Origin: an uncultured archaeon
GTDB lineage: Archaea > Asgardarchaeota > Heimdallarchaeia > Heimdallarchaeales > Heimdallarchaeaceae
Assembly: GCA_964534625.1 (NCBI GenBank)
Contig: CAZHRF010000010.1
Span: 41,430 to 73,429 of the forward strand
DNA: 32,000 nucleotides
Direction of reading: 5' to 3'
Below, in pieces: positions 25,941 to 32,000 of the stretch (position 1 is its first letter; each line of letters opens with the position of its first letter). Position numbers and translations under genes: made by a program. The notes under the pieces are model-generated. The model made no database searches and was not told where the DNA came from. It was given only the letters and a program-made list of their open reading frames with translations.

Positions 25941-26672
25941 ATGTACGATAGAACAAGAAGAAACAAACCTTCCAGGATAGTTGAAGTTCCTATCCCGTCT
26001 GATGTATGGGATATCTTAGAAGATCTTATTATGACCTATGGGAATAAAGAAGAAGCAATCATTGAATCTATTAAAGGGCATCATGAACAGTTATATGGTT
26101 CTGATGCACAACCCAAACCCGAACAATCGCCTGAAGACGAGTATGAATATGTTCGTATGCCTAAAAAAACTGAGAGGCACATAACAGATGGGAGATGGGA
26201 GAAGATTACAGAAAATGGTCAAAAGATGCGAATGAGGACAAATGAAGAACTGGAAAAAGTTGATGAATTACTAGAAAAAGTAAAAACGCTTTTTGAACAG
26301 AAAAAACAAGAAGCAAGACCTCAAACACCCATTAATGATAACGACAAAATAAACGAGCTTATTCGAAAAGTAGATAATTTATCTAAAATATCCGATTTAT
26401 CTAGTGAAATTAATTCAATAAAATATTTGCTCCGCAATATGGGCTCAGGAGAGATCAGTAGAAAAGGAAAACGAGCAGATCTTTCATCTCTAGAAATAAA
26501 TTTGTCAAAAGGTATAGATCCATCAATAACTTCTCCAGAGCGTCCTTTACTTGAGACAGCTTTAGACAGCATACTACTATTTGATGATGAGGATTTCGAT
26601 GAAGAGTTAGAGACAGAGAAAAATCCAGAAGGAGAAAAAAAGGGAGGATCTGATGAAAAAAATAAAAATTAA
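25941..26672 (+). CDS. Hypothetical protein: possible N-terminal ribbon-helix-helix, central coiled coil or low-complexity region, strongly acidic C-terminal tail
   Basis: 243 aa. The RHH-like beginning is SRIVEVPIPSDVWDILEDLIMTYGNKEEAIIESIKGHHE (strand-helix-helix pattern). A heptad-like stretch reads EELEKVDELLEKVKTLFEQKKQE. The tail reads LLFDDEDFDEELETEKNPEGEKKGGSDEKNKN. Confidence 0.6.
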   Translation: MYDRTRRNKPSRIVEVPIPSDVWDILEDLIMTYGNKEEAIIESIKGHHEQLYGSDAQPKPEQSPEDEYEYVRMPKKTERHITDGRWEKITENGQKMRMRTNEELEKVDELLEKVKTLFEQKKQEARPQTPINDNDKINELIRKVDNLSKISDLSSEINSIKYLLRNMGSGEISRKGKRADLSSLEINLSKGIDPSITSPERPLLETALDSILLFDDEDFDEELETEKNPEGEKKGGSDEKNKN

Positions 26673-26684
26673 ATTAACACAAAA

Positions 26685-27215
26685 CTATTTTTTTATAGCT
26701 TGTTTCACTAAACTATGAGCTAAATCTCTAAAAGCCTCATCCACATGGTCACCAGTAAGTGCACTAGTTTTTATGAACTTTTTACTAGCAATTGATTCAA
26801 CAAGTTCTTTACACTCTTCATCAGAAACAGATATTTTATCAGTTAAGTCTTTCTTATTTCCCACAACAATAGTGACAACATTAGGTCCACAAATCTCGAC
26901 AAGTTCTTTATTCCACTCTTTCAAATCTTGAAGGGTTGATTCTCTTGTCAAATCAAAAACCAGTAATGAAGCTTTGGCACCTCTGAAAAAATTATGCCTA
27001 ATGAATTTAAAACGGGATTGTCCAGCTATATCCCATATAGAAAGGGCTACAAGTGTGCCATTCTCCAATTCGATATACTTCTCGCTAGGTTCCATACCTA
27101 TTGTTAATAAATAATTTTGAGAAAACTTATCATGAATAAAACGTTGGACAAGTGATGTTTTACCAACTGCAGCGGCACCAAGTAATACTACTTTGAAATT
27201 ATAGTCGGGATGCAT
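26685..27215 (-). CDS. Ras-superfamily small GTPase, Rab-like
   Basis: 176 aa. G1 GAAAVGKTS, switch I YLLTIGMEP, G3 WDIAGQ, G4 GNKKD, G5 KTSAL. Counterparts of the Rab family motifs are LSIW, RFKFIR, FFRGA and LLVFDLT. There is no C-terminal Cys; the protein ends VKQAIKK. Confidence 0.88.
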   Translation of the reverse strand: MHPDYNFKVVLLGAAAVGKTSLVQRFIHDKFSQNYLLTIGMEPSEKYIELENGTLVALSIWDIAGQSRFKFIRHNFFRGAKASLLVFDLTRESTLQDLKEWNKELVEICGPNVVTIVVGNKKDLTDKISVSDEECKELVESIASKKFIKTSALTGDHVDEAFRDLAHSLVKQAIKK

Positions 27216-27242
27216 TTTATTATTAACCTCAATTGCGATAAA

Positions 27243-27542
27243 TTATACTGTTCTGGCATTTTCTAATTCTTGTTCCAAGCTTTCTAAGAAGTATTTCTCA
27301 AATGAACCATCTGCTCTTTTAATTGTAGTCAGTGAGATACATAAATCAAGAACAAAATCATATTTATCTTTTTCATTTGATGAATACTTGTAAGCTTCTA
27401 ATCTGGATTGAACTATTTTTGACATTTTTGATGCTTCTTTTTTATCTATATTACCTTGTTTATACTCAGAAAATATCTCTTGCATTATACTTAAAGCATC
27501 ATCTGTCGTTTCTATTTTTTTGGGTATAGAAAACTTATTCAT
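27243..27542 (-). CDS. Hypothetical 99-aa protein, predicted all-helical; first gene of the GTPase operon
   Basis: It ends 27 nt upstream of the GTPase ATG on the same strand. A TATA-like ATATATTA lies about 30 nt upstream of its ATG. The sequence (DDALSIMQEIFSEYKQG, EASKMSKIVQSRLEAYKY, YDFVLDLCISLTTIK, FEKYFLESLEQELENAR) looks like about 4 amphipathic helices. No family recognised. Confidence 0.6.
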   Translation of the reverse strand: MNKFSIPKKIETTDDALSIMQEIFSEYKQGNIDKKEASKMSKIVQSRLEAYKYSSNEKDKYDFVLDLCISLTTIKRADGSFEKYFLESLEQELENARTV

Positions 27543-27641
27543 TATACAACATCCTTGAAATAGATTAATATATGTTTTGCTAACTGAAGAATCTCAGTCA
27601 ACTGTGAATATAAAATATAGTTAACTAATAGTACGTCTGAT

Positions 27642-27680
27642 AAAAAAAGAAAATGTGATTGGAAAAGGGAAAAAATCCCC
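27642..27680 (-). terminator. Possible terminator of the wHTH gene: GGGGA-T5-TCCC-type mini hairpin plus T-runs on the minus strand
   Basis: The plus strand reads GGGAAAAAATCCCC (27667-27680) and A7 (27642-27648). On the minus strand this is a GC hairpin followed by TTTTCC and later T7, about 75-110 nt after the wHTH stop. Confidence 0.35.
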
Positions 27681-27752
27681 TCAACGTCCCGTACCCTCAT
27701 TCCAAAAAGGAATAGAATAATTAATTATTAGAAAAATTAATTATATAGTTCC

Positions 27753-28022
27753 TTAAGCTGATTGTTCAACTTCAGATTGTTCAGGAAGGAATTCAAATTT
27801 ACTCCTGAGTTCAGGATCTAAATAATAAAACACACTTCGCATGTCTCTTAAATTAGACATTTTCTTTAGTATTCCTTTCTCAAGTAATCTACGGATTCCA
27901 TACCTTACAGTACGCTCGGGTTGGTCAACTGAACGTAATATCTCTTTTTGGGTCATAGGACCGCGTTCATCCAATACTTTTATTATGTCCTCGCCACCGC
28001 GTGGCAATTTTCTACGTTTCAT
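27753..28022 (-). CDS. Small winged-helix DNA-binding protein (MarR/TrmB/ArsR-like)
   Basis: 89 aa. IIKVLDERGPMTQKEILRSVDQPERTVRYGIRRLLEKGILKK is a standard wHTH pattern (H2-turn-H3 followed by a wing). Confidence 0.75.
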   Translation of the reverse strand: MKRRKLPRGGEDIIKVLDERGPMTQKEILRSVDQPERTVRYGIRRLLEKGILKKMSNLRDMRSVFYYLDPELRSKFEFLPEQSEVEQSA

Positions 28023-28054
28023 AATTCATCACTTCTTTGTTATATTTGTACGAC

Positions 28055-28078
28055 TTGTGGAAATATTTAATCCCACAA
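28055..28078. promoter_or_regulatory. Inverted repeat TTGTGG-N12-CCACAA with an internal AAATATTT palindrome, just upstream of the wHTH gene
   Basis: TTGTGG is at 28055-28060 and CCACAA at 28073-28078, 33-56 nt upstream of the wHTH ATG (28022). A TATA-like AAATATA (minus-strand sense) lies immediately promoter-proximal. This is a candidate autoregulatory operator. Confidence 0.35.
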
Positions 28079-28372
28079 TCAACATTCGAGTTAAATTCTC
28101 GGTGATACCATTCGCACGTCTAATATTTATAAATGTTTGCCTTGTTCGAACAGAACAGTGCATTATAATTTACATTTAACTAGACGCGTAAAATATGTAT
28201 ATTAGATACATATCAATAGAGTGGTATACTCAACTCGCTAGTATTAAAACTATGTCTTTTTTGATATATAAACATTTAGGCTACCTGAACACGTGTAAGG
28301 AGAGATTTTCATATATTTGCAATTTTTTCTACAATCAGATAAATTTAAAATGGTACAGGCAAGAGACTATAT

Positions 28373-28747
28373 GTGACAAATTTCAACAAAAATGAGTTTT
28401 TACTATATTATGGTAGTGCCTATTTAGTTGTTGCTATATTGGAAACAGTATTATTTTCTGCCATCTTGGGAGATTGGACCTTTAGAATAATAATGCTGAA
28501 TTTTAGCATTTGGGGTGTTATTTGGTTAGTGTCTATGTTTGCCTTTCCTCTATTTATATTTGATGCAGAACCAACTATGTTAGCACTTTCCCCTTATTTA
28601 TCACTATTAGGCTATGTAATTATCATTGTAGTATTTTATATTACATATAAGATACATATTCACCAATTAGAAAAACGTACAAAAAAGAAATTGAATTTTA
28701 GTAAAATGATGGATTTATATTTCCCTATTGAAGAAGAGAAAGAATAA
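28373..28747 (+). CDS. Hypothetical small membrane protein (about 3-4 TM)
   Basis: 124 aa with a GTG start; there is no in-frame ATG before residue 41, so the start is uncertain. Hydrophobic segments include YLVVAILETVLFSAIL, IWGVIWLVSMFAFPLFIF and LLGYVIIIVVFYI. The tail is basic. Confidence 0.5.
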   Translation: MTNFNKNEFLLYYGSAYLVVAILETVLFSAILGDWTFRIIMLNFSIWGVIWLVSMFAFPLFIFDAEPTMLALSPYLSLLGYVIIIVVFYITYKIHIHQLEKRTKKKLNFSKMMDLYFPIEEEKE

Positions 28748-28813
28748 AACGGGTGTAAAGATACGTCCATGTTGAAATAACTTTATATAAACAAGTTCTG
28801 TATTTTTACCACT

Positions 28814-29932
28814 ATGTCTCTAACTATAGGTTTCATTCTTAATCCAATAGCTGGATTAGGAGGAAAAAAAGGATGGAAAGGCACAGACAATGTTGATAAA
28901 GCGTGGGATGTCTATCAAAAAGAAGAAAAATATTCAAGTAAAAGGATAGAACAAGCATTAGATTCCATTCCAAAAAGTTTCCCGCTTAAGATTTTATATT
29001 GTGACACACCAATGGGTAAAAGTATTATTACAGAATATCCATTTGAGAGTAAACAAATATATTCACCTGGAGTTGACAAGACTACAGCAAACCATACTAA
29101 AGAAGCATGTAAGGTTTTTCTTGACAAAAACATCGATCTTCTTGTCTTTGTTGGCGGTGATGGAACAGCTAATGATATATATTCAATTATCAAACAAGAT
29201 AAACCTGTTTTAGGTATTCCATCTGGTGTCAAAATGTTTAGTGGATGCTTTCTTTATCGGCCATCTGACTTTGGCTCCATATTACAAGCAATACATAATG
29301 AAGAAATTGAATATGAAACTGAAGAGATAATGGATGTTGACGAAGAAAAATTTAGAGACAATAGAGTAGAAACAAGATTAACTGGACATATGAAAGTCCC
29401 AATGAAAACGGGATTAATCCAAGGAGGAAAAGTTCCATCTGCCCATTCTTCTGAAAGCGATTATGGATCAATCAGCAAAGAACTAGAAGAATCCAAGAAA
29501 ATTCTCGAAGGATTTGTAATTTTAGGTCCTGGTTCAACAGTTTATCATGTAATGAAAAAACTTGGAATAGAGAAGACATTATTAGGCGTTGATATAATGG
29601 AAAATGGTAAACTCATAAAGAAAGATGTAGATGAGCATACACTTCATAATTATTCTAAGAACAGAGTAGCAAAGATTGTATTGACCCCTATTGGAGGACA
29701 AGGTTTTCTTTTAGGACGAGGTAATCAACAAATTAGTGCTAGAGTCTTAAAATCATTAAAAGATATAGAATTGGATATCATTGCAACTGAGTCAAAATCT
29801 CAAATTACAAAAACATTAGTTATAGATCTGGAAGAGGAGATAAAGTTTCCGCAAATAAAAAACGGATATATAAAAATCATAACTAGTTATAGACAATATA
29901 AACTAAAAAAAGTAAATCAAAGGAATAATTAA
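28814..29932 (+). CDS. ATP-NAD kinase / diacylglycerol-kinase-fold protein (COG3199-like predicted NAD kinase)
   Basis: 372 aa. N-terminal glycine-rich IGFILNPIAGLGGKKG and the signature DLLVFVGGDGTANDI. The size is typical of the AcoX/COG3199 group. True substrate unknown. Confidence 0.7.
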   Translation: MSLTIGFILNPIAGLGGKKGWKGTDNVDKAWDVYQKEEKYSSKRIEQALDSIPKSFPLKILYCDTPMGKSIITEYPFESKQIYSPGVDKTTANHTKEACKVFLDKNIDLLVFVGGDGTANDIYSIIKQDKPVLGIPSGVKMFSGCFLYRPSDFGSILQAIHNEEIEYETEEIMDVDEEKFRDNRVETRLTGHMKVPMKTGLIQGGKVPSAHSSESDYGSISKELEESKKILEGFVILGPGSTVYHVMKKLGIEKTLLGVDIMENGKLIKKDVDEHTLHNYSKNRVAKIVLTPIGGQGFLLGRGNQQISARVLKSLKDIELDIIATESKSQITKTLVIDLEEEIKFPQIKNGYIKIITSYRQYKLKKVNQRNN

Positions 29933-29936
29933 GTGT

Positions 29937-29979
29937 CTCCTTCCTATTAGAAAGTGGGAAGGGGAAACTTTTGTATTTT
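29937..29979. terminator. Hairpin (CTCCTTCC-N12-GGAAGGGG, one G-U pair) followed by a T-rich tract, between convergent genes
   Basis: Stem arms are at 29937-29944 and 29957-29964, followed by AAACTTTTGTATTTT. This is the only GC-rich element in the 56-bp convergent intergenic region. Confidence 0.5.
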
Positions 29980-29988
29980 CGTACACAA

Positions 29989-30900
29989 TTACAATTCTTT
30001 AAAGAACTCTTTTTTCAACTTCTGAACATCAGTATTATATTCTACTAGAACTATAGTATTCGATGATGTAAATTTTTTATTCAAGAATTCTTCCTTCAAA
30101 CTGAGTGCCCCTTCAACAACTTCTTTTTTATAAGCCTTTATTAAATATTCTTTTTCTCTCACTTCGTCTAACATTTTTGAGAGCATTAATGCTTTTTGTA
30201 TGATTATAGTTACTGGGAAGATATCTTCAAATACACTATATCGTTTTTCATCTATCATACACTGTTTTAAAGATCTTACAATATCAGGTAGAATGACTCC
30301 ATCCAGTTCCAAATTTATGCTTTTTTCGGTGACTAAGTAATCTAAAATTTGTAAAATCTTCATACGAAGTGGTTCATCATATAGTTTGAAATCTCTTGGT
30401 TTTAGTTCTAAATTATTATCTTTATCATATGCAGAAGGTATATCAACGGTTTTATCTTTAGTTTGAGTAGATTTTTTTGATTGCTTTTTCTTTTGTTTTA
30501 AATCGCTAATAGTTGCATCATCTGGTTTTACAAGTTCATTTTGGAGATGGTAAATTTTTCTGAAATCAAGAAATATACTTTGGCCTTTAATAGTTAATGA
30601 ATGAGACTCACCTGGCTCACGTATATACTGATTCTTGTATTTTGCTACAGCTTTAAATTCTCCATCTTCATATATAGGAAAGCGAACCAAAAAAGATTTT
30701 ACACCATTTTTTTTCACCAGCTCAAATCTCAACCCCTCTTGTGCTTTTTCAGTTAATCCATTATTCTTCCCAATTAATCTCAGTTCATTTACATATTTCT
30801 CATCTCCCGAATATTCAATTAGAAGAAAAACAAAGTCCTCCTCTTCAACGTTGACGCTAGAGAGATACAAAGGGAAGTCCAAATCATTTAGAGTATTCAT
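29989..30900 (-). CDS. Hypothetical two-domain protein: beta-rich N-terminal domain, Lys-rich linker, helical C-terminal domain
   Basis: 303 aa. A long clean ORF with coding-like composition. The linker reads SDLKQKKKQSKKSTQTKDKT. I recognise no family motif. Confidence 0.6.
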   Translation of the reverse strand: MNTLNDLDFPLYLSSVNVEEEDFVFLLIEYSGDEKYVNELRLIGKNNGLTEKAQEGLRFELVKKNGVKSFLVRFPIYEDGEFKAVAKYKNQYIREPGESHSLTIKGQSIFLDFRKIYHLQNELVKPDDATISDLKQKKKQSKKSTQTKDKTVDIPSAYDKDNNLELKPRDFKLYDEPLRMKILQILDYLVTEKSINLELDGVILPDIVRSLKQCMIDEKRYSVFEDIFPVTIIIQKALMLSKMLDEVREKEYLIKAYKKEVVEGALSLKEEFLNKKFTSSNTIVLVEYNTDVQKLKKEFFKEL

Positions 30901-30983
30901 TATGCTTCAGTAAAATACAGCAATACTCTAAAAAAAATGTTTCGGATAGATAAAAAAAAATAAAGAGAAATTAAAAAAACGAT

Positions 30984-32000
30984 TTAATGTTCTTTTAAAT
31001 AGTCTATGAGCACATTAGATACATAATGTATATCTTTTTCACTCAATGAAGTTACCATTGGTATTTCAAAATGATTTTTGGCTAAAAACTCAGCATTCGG
31101 ACACTCAACCTTTGAATAATCAGGATACTCTATGACACGTGATAAAGGCCAATTAGATAAATCTTGATAACAAGGTTGTTGATAAGATAAAATTGAATAA
31201 ATAGTTCTAGAACCAATACCATTTGATTTTAAGTGCTCAATAACATCTTCAGTTTTTATTCCTTCTTTTTCAATGACTGGAGCAAAAAGATAATCACTAT
31301 GTGAATGTCCAGGTAGAACATTTTGAATTAGCAAATCTCCAACATTCTTGAATGATTCTCTGTAGATACTACCATTTCTATGTCTTTTCTGTAGAATTTC
31401 TTCTGCCCTATCCATCTGAACATTCATTATTGCTGCTTGCATATCGGTCATTCTATAATTATAACCTATTCTGTAATGATTGTAACCACCTTTAGGATTA
31501 CGACCATGATTTTTAATGCTTTTAATCTTTTCAAACAAATCTTCATCATTACAAATGATAGCACCACCCTCTCCAGCGATTAAATTCTTTGTACCATAGA
31601 AAGAAAAACAGCCAAGATCACCAAAATTACCCGTATGTGTGCCATCTATTCTGGCATCATGAGATTGGGCACAATCTTCTATAATAAGTAAATTATTATC
31701 TTCTGCTATATCGCATATAGCATCCATTTCACAAGGATTCCCAAATATATGTACAGGCATAATAGCTTTTGTTTTATCTGTTATTGCAGATTCTATTTGT
31801 TCTGGATCTATATTGAAAGTATCTCTTTTCACATCTACAAAGATGGGGATGGCGCCAGTAAAGAGAATAGCGTTTGAAGAAGCAATGAACGTAAAAGGAG
31901 TGGTGATCACTTCATCTTTTGGACCAATGTTTAAAGCGGTCAAACCCAAATGTAGTGCTTGTGTTCCATTTATAACAGTACTACAGTATTTGGCACCAGT
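30984..32000 (-). CDS. DegT/DnrJ/EryC1/StrS-family PLP-dependent sugar aminotransferase; N-terminus lies beyond the right edge
   Basis: The frame stays open to position 32000 (TGAKYCSTVINGTQALHLGLTALNIGPKDEVITTPFTF...), so the track's TTG start at 31949 is internal. Motifs: DCAQSHDA and the Schiff-base lysine context FSFYGTKNLIAGEGGAI. Confidence 0.88.
   Translation of the reverse strand, partial: TGAKYCSTVINGTQALHLGLTALNIGPKDEVITTPFTFIASSNAILFTGAIPIFVDVKRDTFNIDPEQIESAITDKTKAIMPVHIFGNPCEMDAICDIAEDNNLLIIEDCAQSHDARIDGTHTGNFGDLGCFSFYGTKNLIAGEGGAIICNDEDLFEKIKSIKNHGRNPKGGYNHYRIGYNYRMTDMQAAIMNVQMDRAEEILQKRHRNGSIYRESFKNVGDLLIQNVLPGHSHSDYLFAPVIEKEGIKTEDVIEHLKSNGIGSRTIYSILSYQQPCYQDLSNWPLSRVIEYPDYSKVECPNAEFLAKNHFEIPMVTSLSEKDIHYVSNVLIDYLKEH

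Noticed and set aside
27243-27542. The 99-aa GTPase-operon protein as a Roadblock/LC7 (MglB-like) or longin partner
   Set aside because: The sequence looks all-helical, with four amphipathic K/E-rich helices. It has none of the alternating beta-strand pattern of Roadblock or longin folds. It is kept as an unknown rather than forced into those families.
27841-28179. 112-aa plus-strand ORF overlapping the wHTH gene and extending into the long spacer. Also the 66-aa ORF at 28195-28395.
   Set aside because: The first is largely antisense to a convincing wHTH gene. The second lies in AT-rich promoter-like DNA, has an aromatic-rich and Cys-rich sequence that does not look protein-like, and overlaps the next gene's start. 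Both are treated as non-coding, although expression data would be needed to be sure.
1-32000. Whole-window scan for CRISPR arrays, tRNA/rRNA genes, transposases, integrases and long repeats
   Set aside because: I saw no regularly spaced repeat array, no tRNA-like T-arm or acceptor pattern, no rRNA-like GC-rich blocks and no recombinase or transposase motifs in any frame. Only short promoter-region repeats were found, and these are reported separately.

Overview
This window is an AT-rich, densely coding archaeal chromosomal segment. I call 33 protein genes. I found no rRNA, tRNA, CRISPR array, transposase or integrase on either strand.

The archaeal assignment rests on several gene sets:
- two-subunit ADP-forming acetyl-CoA synthetase
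- RtcB with a divergently oriented archease
- a two-domain protein disulfide oxidoreductase
- split GcvPA/GcvPB
- many genes with a TATA-like box about 25-30 nt upstream of the ATG, which suggests leaderless transcripts

A Ras-superfamily GTPase with a strikingly Rab-like motif set and the very low GC content make an Asgard (Loki-type) archaeon the most likely source. That is an inference, not a verified assignment.

Layout, left to right:
- 1-3.1 kb: purine operon (purC-purS fusion, purQ, purL) with a divergent HTH-phosphoribosyltransferase regulator.
- 3.2-12.9 kb: orphan membrane protein, MFS transporter, PDO, acdAB, a long-form urocanase and a CoADR/NADH-oxidase-type flavoprotein.
- 13.1-22.8 kb: glycine cleavage genes (gcvT, then gcvH-PA-PB), interrupted by an RNA-processing block of circularly permuted GTPase, TatD, DHH/DHHA1, RtcB and archease.
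- 23.4-30.9 kb: a poorly characterised neighbourhood, which is the best candidate for something new. It holds a thioredoxin plus tandem V4R (Bet3/TRAPP-like fold) protein, a PIG-L deacetylase, and an RHH-like protein with a coiled coil and acidic tail. It also holds a two-gene operon of an unrecognisable 99-aa helical protein plus the Rab-like GTPase, a small wHTH regulator, a small membrane protein, an NAD-kinase-fold protein and a 303-aa two-domain orphan.
- 31.0-32.0 kb: a DegT-type sugar aminotransferase that runs off the right edge.

All functional calls come from motif recognition by eye. No database or HMM search was possible.
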